A stretch of 63,952 bases of DNA, filler included, from Bigelowiella natans CCMP2755 (lineage: Eukaryota > Protista > Cercozoa): the NCBI GenBank assembly GCA_000320545.1. It is 9 parts of 9 records of this genome, joined end to end, with 100 filler letters (N's around TTAATTAATTAA, not from the genome) between each part and the next. Parts side by side here need not be neighbours in the genome. Positions count along the whole stretch, not along the records: positions 39,839 to 48,668 come from ADNK01002952.1; positions 48,769 to 55,058 come from ADNK01001643.1; 7 more parts are not named here. The stretch is one strand, 5' to 3'. Of this stretch, positions 41,427-53,302 are shown piece by piece. Under the pieces are notes generated by a model that was not told the DNA's origin, searched no databases, and saw only the letters and a program-made list of their open reading frames with translations. Made by a program: the position numbers and the translations under genes. The stretch's first letter is position 1. Each line of letters starts with the position of its first letter.

Positions 41427-42793
41427 TGTGCTCGTTCGATACTACTGCGAATGCAGCAGCAGCAGCAGCAGCTGCTGCTACTACTAATGATGGTGATGGT
41501 GGGGATGAAGGTGTCATCATCTTGTAATGTGCTTAAGCGACCTGATTGGGTCCTCGGCTGCGTTGTCTAAAGTCAAGATATTTCTCGTTGGACTTGTTGA
41601 AGAACGTGCGGAAGTAGGCCTCCATTTCGTCGTCGTGGACGTTGGAGGGGAGGGGCGAGAGCTCCTCAGCGCCATCATCTGCTTGGTGTTGGTTTGGTGA
41701 GCCATTTCACGTCAGTACTCAGTTGTCGGCGGCTATAATTAAAAACAGTCATCCCGTCGTCCACAACCTCTACTGAATGTGCCGCTGCAAGATGCATATT
41801 CCTTCGTCTGATTTCTCTTCATCATCATCTTCTTCTTCTTTCTTCATAATCTTCTTATTTTTTTCAAGAATTCTCTCATCATCGCGCAAGAACGGCCTCT
41901 TCGCAAGTATATACCCTTTCCATCATCGATTTTGCCGCTGCTCCCCGTCCCGTCTTCGTCGTCATCACCATCATCATCGTCGTCGTTGCCCAATGCCATG
42001 AGCTCGCCGCCGTCTCCATCGGCTCTATCAGCTCCGCGAGCATCGTTACGTCCTCTCCTCGTGCCGTCTCCCCCATCAACAACCCTCCCTTTCTTGGGTG
42101 TCCCCCGCATCATCATCGTCATCATTTGTCGGGCCTCTCTTCCCTCCCGAGGCACTCTTCTCTTTGCAGGAGAGGGGGGAGGAGGAGGGGCGGTGGCGGC
42201 GCAGTCGTCATTATCGTCGTCGCCGTCGTCGCCACCACCACCACCACCATGATGATCATCATTCTCATGGTTCTCCTCGCCATCATCCCCCTCGCTGCAA
42301 TCGTCATAATCATTGTCAAAAATGCCTGCTGCCTCTTGTATCTTCCTCCACGCCTCCTTCGTTCCAGCTGCTTCTTTGGTGCCTTCTCCACCTCCCCCTC
42401 CCCCTCCTCCTCCTTCCCCAACACCAGCCGAGAAGGGCAATGGCGGCGATGGCGACGACGACGACGACGACGATGATGATGACACATTCACATCACGACC
42501 GCGCTTTCCAACATCCCTCCCCTCGCCGAGCCCCCCCCCCCCTCCTGCCTTCTTGCTCTGCCTCATGAGGCGCTTCCTCCGCCTTCGCTCCAGGTATCTG
42601 ATAGATAGAGTGCGTGTGAGGTTCAGTGTCAAGCATGGGCAGAGACGCCCCGGCGCGACGCTCGGAATGCTGCTTCGCTGGCCAACTCTCGCAACAGCGA
42701 TCGATCGCGAGGATCCATATCCAAGCGCATACATCGATGGCAGCTCTCACTTCCTGCAGCCACGCCGGATATAACATATCTCCGTCATTATAC

Positions 42794-42836
<43 letters not shown>

Positions 42837-43404
42837 CTACTACTACTCCTAATACTACTACTATTACTACTACTTCTGCTGCTACTACAACTGCAACCTC
42901 TCATGTTGTTTCCTACGATCCTCAACGAGCTCCTCGTGGAACAGGCTGATATTCGTCAGCAGCTTCCCTCCAAATCGCATGATCTCCAGCCTCCTCTCTC
43001 TCGTCAGGTTTCGAGCGTTGAACCCGCGCGGAGCTCTCAACCGCACGTTCGTCGTGTTACTGCGGCGACGATGACTGCCATCCATCGTTGCATTGACGTA
43101 GGCTATTATTCCGGGGAGGGCTGATGTGTGAGGAGGAGGAGGAGGGAGGGAGGGAGGAGGAGGAGAGAGAAGACGACGACGTGTATTCTCGATAAGTCTT
43201 GCTATTATCGGCATTATCTTATTCTCGCCGTCCTCCTCCTCCTCCTTCCTCCTCCTCCTCCTCATCATCATCATCAGTAATGCACACGACTCTCCATAGC
43301 AATTGCATGGCATCATCCACCTTTCAGGCTAGGGACGCCGAGCCCCTTCAATCGATTCTCCGCAATGGCTTTCACCGCGCGGTCCTCAAACTGATATGTA
43401 TAAA

Positions 43405-43454
<50 letters not shown>

Positions 43455-43878
43455 TGTGTTTGTGCGTGTATATATATATTACATTACTAGTTCATACGCA
43501 CATATCTTCGCTGATATTCCCAAAATCTGCTGCTGCTGCTGCTACTACTACTATTACGACGGCGACGACGGCGACGAAGACGACTACGACAACCACTCCC
43601 ACCCCACCTCTTTAATCAACGTCTTCTTGAAGCTAAGCTGTCGCGGGGAGTGATAAGGCCTCCCATCCTAAGGACAACATATTAAAACAAAGAGCGCATT
43701 GAATGGCGTCCACACACACACACACACACACACGCACGCACGCATGCATGCACATACGAGCGCGCGTCCATGCATGCATAATATAAGCACGTGCTTAGTT
43801 ACATCGTCGCAGGAGTCGGGTGGGGAGAACCCAGTGTGTATGCGTCTGAAAGAATCAACACACACACACACACACACA

Positions 43879-43920
<42 letters not shown>

Positions 43921-43965
43921 CTTCTTGGTGACAATGATGCCGCATAAGCACGCAGGAGAGAGAGA

Positions 43966-44003
<38 letters not shown>

Positions 44004-46170
44004 GACATCGTGCACGAGGTGGTGATGGTGGTGTTGGTAAGGAATACAACGACGACGACGACGATGGTGATGATGATGATGCTCACGACGATGCTGACGA
44101 TGCCCCTTCTCACCAACCCGTAAACACTGACCTGAGCTTCTCTGGACGGCGTCGCCCCCCCGTCTGCCCCTCCCTCCTCTCCTGTTCTTCGATAAACCCA
44201 GAGAATAGCGACCTGACCTCGTCTCTGCTGGGGGGAACGAAGCCATCGTCTCTATCAATCCCCTCGCCCTGATCTCGAGCGTATAGCCGACGATGGTAGC
44301 TGCCGTCTTCCTTCTCATCCTCCTTCTCCACGAACAAGTCTGAGCACCCGCTGTCGCTTGCAGGAGAGTCAGGCTGCGGAGGGGGGGGGAGGGAGGGGGG
44401 GAGGGAGAAGGGATACGTGGCATCTATCTCACATATCAAGTATACTAACGTGATAGCACAAACACACACACACACACAAACACACAAAAGCCTACCTGTG
44501 AAAGAGAATCGGTTGCGGGCGGCGAGTCGCCAAGCATGAGCCCTCTCGTCTTCATTCTCTTCGGCTTGCGAATGGCCTCGAGCAAGTCCGGGAGGGCGGG
44601 CGCGATCGCAGTGAGGTTGGGATGTACCTTCCCTGCGTGAAGGCTCTCTTCGATCATCTCTCCATATTCCTCAGATATCGGAGCCGGCAGGGCTTTCTAT
44701 GGAGGGGGGAGAGGGAGGGGGGGGGGGGGAGGGGGAATTAAATATGCACTATGTGTCGATGATGTGCTATCATGCATGCACGTAAACATATAGCAGCATC
44801 ATATCAAACACCACCACTACCACCACCACCACCACCACCATCTCTCATAGCGATCATTGTTTTCCTGCAACGACTTCTCTTCGCCCTAGCACGACGGGCG
44901 CTCGCAGGCACGGGGGGTACATCATCGATCGGCGAGAGCTCGCTCGCCGGCGAGATCTATTCGGATGCACTCTTCTCACCGTCACTTCACGGCATGCTAT
45001 CACATCGTTTACGGACCAAGTTCTCGAAGTACGTGACCGACTCATTGGAGTCCGAGAACAAGGACTCGGAGAGCTGAGGATATAGGAGGGGGGGGAGGGG
45101 GGGGGGGGGACAGCCAGAGAACAAATCACATCATTGCTCGCCAGTCGTTGCTTCGATCTCCAGTATTGATCTGGCCATCATGCACATTTAACAATTCTTC
45201 ATCGTACTACCGAGAAAGCACTCTCTGAGTCCCTCCGAACAGCTCTTACGCGATCGTAGGGAAACTCGCGGGTAACACCATCCCTAACCGAGGGGGGGGG
45301 GGGGGGGGGAAGGAGAAAGAAATGAATATATGAATACGAAGGGGAAGTAATAGAGGAGATCAACCAGCCCCCCCCCTCTCCCCTTCCATGAATATTTAGA
45401 TTCTGGTGGGGAGTGACGGCTAATACCTAAGCGACTCTACAGCAAGCATCTTGGAGTACACGCCTTTCACGATTCTGTAAGCAAACCACACGTAGAATGA
45501 GCGTGCGCACGTGTGAATGACGTGTAGATGCAGGTCTGTCCCGTTTGTAAAAGCTACACACGGGCCGTTGCTCGAGCTCCGAATACAAAGGTATTACACC
45601 ATTAAATATTCACCCACACAACAGTTAATCACAACAAAGCAAAAACATACTGGATGGGATTGCTATCAATCAACCCTCATTGTTCAGCATCTGTATTCTC
45701 TCCTCTCTATATGTTATGCACTACCCGGTCATCAACGGCTTAAACTCATCTTGCCTTGCAACTTCTACCTGAACTTCCTCACCAACCTAGTTGTCACAGT
45801 GTAATGCCGCTCATATGCGTATAATACGTGCCTTGTGTTAATTTTTAGGGAGTGCCCTTTCAACCTTATATTGATGGTTTCTCTGTTTTTCGATAAATTT
45901 CTCGTATTTTCCCAACAGTTTCTAAGTAATTGCAGAATTGGTCTCGTATAGGTATGTAAACACAAACATGAATATTTGGAATGATCTATTTATGTGTGTA
46001 ATGCATTTGCAAGGTTCTTTCAAATTTGGTAAAACTAGAGGAAAATATCGGAGCACAAGCACCTGATTCGCCCTGTCGATCGAAGCCCATTTAGGTTTGT
46101 TGTTCTTCCCAGCGAGTTCAAATTTACTAGAATGTTTTGCCAAGACAAATTATAAATATTATATATACAT

Positions 46171-46216
<46 letters not shown>

Positions 46217-46696
46217 CTTTATACATGTAAGTATATATTTATGTATCATTCAGGAAGAACGATACAATTACATCCCCTCTCCCCTTCCCCTCGACAGGAA
46301 AGGAAAATTAAACGGCTACGCCTTTCTGGTGCAGGCCTCTATTGGTTCTCGTGATTCTGCAATGTCACGAAATCTGCCCGATCTGACCATTTATCATATC
46401 TGCAGATCGCAGACGCCATTGATAACCGAGGTCATCAATGGCGGTTTTCAGCGACTTGCAATGGTTCCAAAAAAAAGGCAATTCGTCCACGTTAGGTTCT
46501 CTCCGTACATCTTCCTCATCAGCTTTTTCTGAAGCTTGAGGTTGATCGCTCCCCCAGCTGCGGACTTATCCTTCTTCGCAACGCCTTCACGCAGAGGTGC
46601 GCCTCCTTTCCCGCTCCCAGAGCATAGGGCGACCGCAATAAACACCAGAATCACGCAGCTGGATACGCGGCCGAGCTGGGGAGGTGCGGACGCCAT
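39839..46696 (-). CDS. Large signal-peptide-bearing multi-exon protein with a PDZ domain and low-complexity regions (3' end in gap)
   Basis: N-terminus MASAPPQLGRVSSCVILVFIAVALCSG. Many GT-AG exons follow. EPFGFVFKSAIVLQ..QAERLGVRAGQQIASIAGHPI at about 41010-41330 fits the PDZ pattern (G-F-x ... Aer.Gl..GD.I..inG). It could be more than one gene. Confidence 0.55.
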
Positions 46697-47310
46697 TGTT
46701 CTACAGCAAACCTTCAAGACCCGGCAATATTAGACTTGCATTTCACCCTCAGGATTCGCTAGAATCGGCAAGCTGGAGGCCTGCACGATCCCTGAAGCAA
46801 GCGAGCGAGCCGAACGCGGAGCTGCTGGCAACTGTCTCTGGATCGACGAGCTCTCCGCTGTATTCGCTGCGGTTTGCGGTCTGCAACCGGAGCGAGGACA
46901 AGGATGGATTTAGGTGAAAAAGCTAACCCCAAAAACCGGGGCTGGGGCGGTTGTCGCAGCAAACATTCAACCTGCGCCCCTGCCTGAGAGCACTGATTTC
47001 CAACAAAAGAAAAAGAAAACTTTGGCTCGCGCGCGTCCTTGTCGGAAGTACCAGCTCCACCCGCCACTGCCACTGTGCGGCTGTTCCCGCACAGAATTTG
47101 GACGGTGCGACACGGAGCCAAGAGCTCGTCGTAACGATAATTCCCCTTCTTTCCTTTGAGTCCAGGCCAAAAGCAAAGCAGTCCAAAAGCCACGGTGTAT
47201 GCGCATTGAAAGAATTCCGATAAAATTATTGTCGCATCCTTAAAACGTCATTGTATTTCCTATGATTTTCGTGCTTTTAGGTTTGGAAAAAAACTCTAAA
47301 ACCCGGAAGA

Positions 47311-48377
47311 ATGGTGACATCGGAAGCAGCCCGTGATCGCGGCCAAGGCGGAGGCTCCTTCGCTCCACGAGAGTAATCGTTTTCCCGAGAGTAACTAAGT
47401 TGAGACTTTTGTCATTATATCCTGTGGGGGTAGCAGGGGATAAAGGAATTGCTCGGCAAGAAATCTCACGTTGTCAGTATTAGGATTAAGTTCCCCTCCC
47501 TCATGTATATCTATGTTGAGAGATTCGGTGATCTAACTCCTTCCTTACCATCCATAGGCGGTCTCAACTTCCTAGTCTTGCTCTTCACACCACCTCACTT
47601 TTATCTATAATCCTGATTCTCCTCGGCTTTGCGGCGGCCTCTTCCAAGCTGCAACCTCCTTCGCATGGTAGAGTCGGAGCTGCAGGATCCCTCGCATGCA
47701 CAAAGTCAAAGAGTCTGCGGATGGGTTCTATCAAACGTAGCCCAGGACAATCTAAGCGAGCTCGGATGTACAATTCTCGCATCCTAAATCCTTTATCAAC
47801 GGTGCGATCACGTCGCTTATCCCAAGTGGTGAGGACCGCACCGGCCCCGCTCTCTGACTTTTCAGAGTCATCGAACAAGCTGGTGGGAGACTGAATTGCA
47901 TTTTCGTATGGCACTTACCATGAATGATGTTTTGGCAACCTACCCCCCTCCTCGCAACTTTCTGACCCTGATTGGTCCAGGTGTCCGTTGAGACAGCGGA
48001 GGAGCTGCATCTCACCAAGTTGCTGGAGCGTTTCAAGAACGCTGATGTGGATGGAGATAATATGCTGGTGGCGTGCCATTCACTCACGTTCCCATTAGTG
48101 ATTTTTATCCATTTGGTGGTTGCATCGTTGTCGTCATCCTCGTCGTCCAGTAACCAACCACACCTTGCTCATTACTGTATTCATCACCATCATTATCACT
48201 CTATGATGATCGCTCGTACGACTACCGCTATTGCTACTATTTTCCATGGTCATCCTTGAATAATCCAGAATGCGGAGGAGTTTCGGAACGTGCTCGAGTG
48301 CTCCGACGAGTTTTGTCTCACCGAGCACTGGCTACCGATGGATCGTGTCGAGCAGCTGATGCGTCACTACGACGAGG
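47311..48377 (+). CDS. Plastid-targeted EF-hand protein (3' end near or in gap)
   Basis: MVTSEAARDRGQGGGSFAPRE|RSQLPSLALHTTSLLSIILILLGFAAASSKL, then an S/R/K-rich transit peptide, then VSVETAEELHLTKLLERFKNADVDGDNML|NAEEFRNVLECSDEFCLTEHWLPMDRVEQLMRHYDE (EF-hand pair). Confidence 0.75.
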
Positions 48378-48768
48378 TACACGGGGGGGGGGGGGGGGGA
48401 AAGAGGGAGAGAAGAAAATAGCGGGGGTTGTTTACAAATGTTTTGACCCTATTTATATGAATCGCTGTATAAGAGAACAAAAAAGGCCCGTACTAGATCC
48501 GGGTGATCAAAGCCTCTACGTTCCGCAGGAGGATGGGCGCTTTGTTTTTTGTTTGTCACACGGTGTAGGTGACGTGGGAATGGATTGAGTGCGGGTGACC
48601 GGTAAGTGCTAGGGGAGTCGATGAGCGCAGCCGCGAGTGAGAACAAGATAGAGGATAAGTCCGGCAGANNNNNNNNNNNNNNNNNNNNNNNNNNNNNNNN
48701 NNNNNNNNNNNNTTAATTAATTAANNNNNNNNNNNNNNNNNNNNNNNNNNNNNNNNNNNNNNNNNNNN

Positions 48769-49126
48769 GTAAGTCTATTAATTTTATTTTCATGCTTCTC
48801 GGTAGACTCTGTTACATCGTGCCACGGGGAGATATATCGCCTGCCCCTTTCCTGGAAATAGAGAGCAAAATCGCCGCCACCGATTCTACCGGCTTTGAGC
48901 AGCGTATAACTGTACCAGGAGAAGGCAATTGCATGAATGAGAAAGAACTCAAAATCCATCGATAAGTTTGACTCACCGTGGATTTGCTTCCCTATCGAGC
49001 CCTGCTGAGTTTCCGCTTCCTTGAATTTCGATAGCGCTCGTTGCCGGGATGAGCTCCGGTGCATACGCGGAGCAGAGAAGGCCTGCAAGAAGGACAGTGC
49101 TGCCCCTTCTGCCAACCGACTCCATC
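48769..49126 (-). CDS. Family I soluble inorganic pyrophosphatase, 5' part (rest in gap)
   Basis: MESVGRRGSTVLLAGLLCSAYA..EANPR|YTLLKAGRIGGGDFALYFQERGRRYISPWHD; ISPWHD is the conserved eukaryotic PPase N-terminal motif. The phase-2 intron is consistent. Confidence 0.8.
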
Positions 49127-49405
49127 ACAGTATGGGATTTATGGCAATTCTGACGGATTTGCGAAGTCGCACTCACCGAAACCCCTTGATATTTTGATAA
49201 ATAAAGCACATGAAACTGGAATATTTAGCAGGATATTATCGGCTCGGGTATTATTTTGACTTCAGATACTACTCGCGGAGGTCTGAACATCTCTTCTTGT
49301 TCCGAACAGCACTCCATCTCGGCACAAATCTTATCGGTGGAATTACCGAATGGGAGGGGATGATCATACTTCTAGGGAATCCCAGGGGGACGCGCTTCTG
49401 CGACA

Positions 49406-50815
49406 ATGGAAATAACGGTGTTTTATGACAATATCAAGACTATTTGCTCAATGACGGAAATGGATCCTTGTGTACCCCCCTATCCGTACTCAGAGCTTCC
49501 CACAGCCAAACCCAAACTTGGACGTCCTCTGCGGAACCGAAGAAAATACTATCGACTAGCTCTAATCGCAATTTGTTTTGTATGCTGTTTAAGAATTGTA
49601 AATGAGAGAAAATGGCCAACAGGGCACGAAGGGACACTTTCTTCTCCAGCCCTCACCACCATCAGTAAAAGCCCTTTTCTAGGGATCAAAGGGCGGAGAT
49701 CGACAGGATCTATAATCACAAATAGAAGAATATCGTCAGCACATACTTCATTCAAGCGGAGGACGCCATCCGTATCGTGCTTTTCTTCTCGGAACATTAA
49801 ACCCTTGTACGACAACGCGACAGCAACGACCGCAGAAGGTGCCCCCATCCCACCAGAACTCACCGACTGGTTAATCGCTAGCCAGGATTTCAGACCAGGT
49901 AAACAAATGTCCCAGATATTTCTCGCCGATGAATCCGTCGCGATTGACGTAGCCGCAGCAGCGGACGTGAAACCAGGCGACCTGGTGGTAGAAATCGGGG
50001 CAGGGGGGGGGACGCTCACACGCGCATTGGTGAAGCAAGGCGCTTATGTCCTCGCGGTAGAAGCAGTTTCAGATCTTGCCAACGAACTGGATAAGTTCTT
50101 CGACAGGGAACACGTTAAGATTATCAACGCTGATTTCTTGAAGCTCGATCTGCGTGCAGTCGTCGGTGAGGAGCTCCAGCGGCGGCCTGGGTTTTACCAA
50201 AGTGTCAAGCTTCTATCCAACCTTCCGTATCACATCACTACCCCAGTTCTGCAGAAAGTCCTGCCCCTGGACGACGTCTTCGAGAAGGCCGTGATAATGC
50301 TCCAGCACGAGGCAGCAAAGCGATTCGCCTCCGCTGTTCCACGGGACCGCGACTATCGCTTTATGAACTTCTTCGTCGATTACTATTGCAATGCAACGTA
50401 CAGGTTTAAGGTGGGGCGTCACTGCTATCGGCCCAACCCCGGCGTAGCAGGCGGCGTGATCGAATTCAACCTGCAGGAAAGGAATCCTTTGGTGATGGAC
50501 GTGAACGGGACTTCGGAGTCGCTACTTGCGTTTGCCAAGAGCGCGTTTAAGGCCAAGCGCAAGACATTGCGCCAAACCCTCAACGGGTTTAATGACTACA
50601 GTGGCGAATACATTGAGACTGTTCTCGAGGACGCCCTAGGCCTTTCGAAACTAGCTAGGGCAGAAGAACTGAGCTTTGAGCAGCTGGTGATGCTGTACAA
50701 CGTACTTGAAAGCCGTGAGATTGAAGCAAGGCCCAGACCGGTTGAACCGCCGAAAAAACTTAATTGGACTAAGGCACATCTTAACCAAACATTGTGGTGG
50801 TCGAGCTTCATTTAG
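49406..50815 (+). CDS. ksgA: 16S rRNA adenine dimethyltransferase KsgA/RsmA (plastid PFC1-like), intronless, bipartite targeting peptide
   Basis: KQMSQIFL, VVEIGAGGGTLT (SAM motif I), VLAVE, IINADFLKLD, SNLPYHITTP, IMLQHEAAKR, AFKAKRKTLR and RAEELSFEQL. N-terminal hydrophobic LALIAICFVCCL is followed by an S/R-rich stretch. Confidence 0.93.
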   Translation: MEITVFYDNIKTICSMTEMDPCVPPYPYSELPTAKPKLGRPLRNRRKYYRLALIAICFVCCLRIVNERKWPTGHEGTLSSPALTTISKSPFLGIKGRRSTGSIITNRRISSAHTSFKRRTPSVSCFSSRNIKPLYDNATATTAEGAPIPPELTDWLIASQDFRPGKQMSQIFLADESVAIDVAAAADVKPGDLVVEIGAGGGTLTRALVKQGAYVLAVEAVSDLANELDKFFDREHVKIINADFLKLDLRAVVGEELQRRPGFYQSVKLLSNLPYHITTPVLQKVLPLDDVFEKAVIMLQHEAAKRFASAVPRDRDYRFMNFFVDYYCNATYRFKVGRHCYRPNPGVAGGVIEFNLQERNPLVMDVNGTSESLLAFAKSAFKAKRKTLRQTLNGFNDYSGEYIETVLEDALGLSKLARAEELSFEQLVMLYNVLESREIEARPRPVEPPKKLNWTKAHLNQTLWWSSFI

Positions 50816-51782
50816 TAGTGGTGCGGTGAGGCCAACGTCCGGGGGGATTGCACGACTGGGGCGGGGGGATGATGCCGTTTTGAGAAGCGATTGCTACAGC
50901 TGCCTCCCTATCAAGGAACACACCAATTTGTATTATAAGATAGGTCGACTACCAAAATGTTATTAGATGCTTACACGTGAATGATAATGCAATAGATTAA
51001 CAGAGAATAAACAATTGCAGCGAGTAATTCGAAATGACTTTTTAAGATTGCATTGCGATGCGTAAGGGTGGAGGATGTAGCGTATACTAGCTAGCTAGCG
51101 TATCATATTTTATTTTTCGTGCTTTTCGAGAAATCCTATGTTTACTTGCCAAAATGTGCCTGCTACGCAAGATGCTATGGACAATTTTGTCCTGGTTTGC
51201 TTGCATCATCAATGTCATGTGGAGGCTTTGGAGCGCGTGCACCATCACAATTTTTTGATGTCTGCAAAAAAAGGCACACAATGGCAGTTGTCACTGTGCT
51301 TCAAGATCACAACAATGCATGATCAAGTGGCATGTCAAGATGAAAGTGACAAATCAGTGCATGGACAGATGCAATTGGACGGTGCAGTGTTCGCACGAAA
51401 CCGATGTGAATTCAATGTCACGTCCACCACAGAACAGCACGACGTGGTGCCACAATCAGGATGACTGCAGTTGTTGAAGAGATTCAACCACTTCACAACA
51501 CCCGTCTCACACACGTGCATGTTTCTGCTGTGACTGCACGTTTCATGCATTTCAAATTGGCATTCGTGTGCACATCTGACAGTCTGCTTGCCAGATGGCA
51601 CATCATCCCTGAATCTCTAGCATCCACCCACTCTGCCATCACTGCCTAGCTAGCACTGTCAGAGGAAGTCCATGTGTTCCACGACACCACGCATGCTTCA
51701 TGCATCGCACCTGCTTCTTCACAATGACCGCACGGGACAACAAGAAGCTTCCGAGATCGCACACTGTGCCGATGACGCGCAT

Positions 51783-53302
51783 CTACTCCTGCACATGTTC
51801 ATTTTTTCGAGCTTGTGGCGACTGCTTCCGCTTTTTCGAGTTGATGGAGACGACTTCTGCCCCCAACCCCCGCTTCAATTCCGTGCTCAAGAAGTGCAAA
51901 TCCCTCAAGTCTCTGTGGAACACCTGGATCCGTCGCTCAACACAATGATGCTTGATGAAGCTTTTGAGTTCATCATCGCTTGCCAAGTCACAGGGAGTCT
52001 CCCCATTTCTATTCTTGGCCTCAATGTTTGCCTTCATGTCAACCAGGTACTTTACGATCTCCAAATGACCCCTTTTGGAACCCCAAACCAACGGAGTGTT
52101 ACCTAATATAATGTATTGATATCGTTACAAATTATGTAACATCATCTACAACTGCTGTGGCAATGCTAGTATTGGTACCCACCATCTCCGTCTTTTGCCT
52201 CAATGTTTGCCTTCGTGTCAATCAGGCACTTCACGATCTCCAAATGACCTTTAAAGGAACCCCAAACCAACGGAGTTTTACCTAATATGATGTATTGAAA
52301 TGTTATAATAAATTATTCAACATCTTCTTCAACCTTTTGTCTCAATGCTAGTATTAGTACCCACCATCTCCGTCTTTCGCTTCAATGTTTGCCTTCATGT
52401 CAACCAGGTACTTTACGATCTCCAAATGACCTTTAAAGGAACCCGCGATCAACGGAGTGTCACCTAATATAATGTATTGAAATTGTTGTAATAAATTATG
52501 TAACATCATCTACAACTGCTGTCGCAATGCTAGTATTGGTACCCACCATCTTCATCTTTCGCCTCAATGTTTGCCTTCGTGTCAACCAGGTACTTTACGA
52601 TCTCCAAATGACCCCTTTTGGAACCAGCGATCAACGGAGTATCACCTTATAGCAAAATGGCCACATCTTTGCACATCAACAATGATTAATGTCATCTTCC
52701 AAGTGTTGGCAAAATTTCCTGTCGGAGTTTTCATGACTCATTCTGTCACGACTTACATCAATACCTATGCGAAGCGACTCGTTTTTTTTAGTAAAGAAAA
52801 ATATCATGCATTCATTGCCAATACTCGTTTGTTGTTTATTGCTGGATGATGAACTTCTCACTGTTCGAACGACAAGCCTAATGTCTTGAAAATATCTAAT
52901 TGCAAACGCTGGTCGTTTGTTTTCCATGATAAATCATGACCCACATCCATAGAAATGTCACTTTTTCTCACTGTTTCTGCTGCTATCAGTGTCACCAAGC
53001 CCATTGTCAATGAACACTACTTTCTACTACTACCACTACTATTACAACAACTGCTACTAGTGCAGCAGCTGCAGCAGCTTCTGCTCACATCAACTAAATG
53101 TCAATCAAACACCAACACTACGTGTGCCATGAATCACTCAGCACTCCAACCACTGCCACCACAATGTCAACGCTGCAGCTTGCTACCCACCGTTCCAACC
53201 GCACTCCTCAATATTTGCGTTTTCCAAAATCAAACGCTTCAGATAGGGAAGGTCGTTGCTGTGTATTGCTTTGAAGATGCTGCTGGAGGTATCAGACGAC
53301 AT
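51783..53302 (-). CDS. Ankyrin-repeat protein, one repeat per exon
   Basis: First exon MSSDTSSSIFKAIHSNDLPYLKRLILENANIEECGWNG. Four near-identical exons of the type GDTPLIAGSKRGHLEIVKYLVDTKANIEAKDED follow. The last exon ends ..EHVQE*. Confidence 0.88.
52003..52646. repeat. Tandem repeat with a ~181-nt unit (99-nt ankyrin exon + ~82-nt intron), about 3.5 copies
   Basis: tcaatgtttgccttc[a/g]tgtcaa..gatctccaaatgacc..aacggagt..cctaatat..caatgctagtatt[g/a]gtacccaccatct recurs at about 52020, 52200, 52382 and 52564. Confidence 0.95.
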
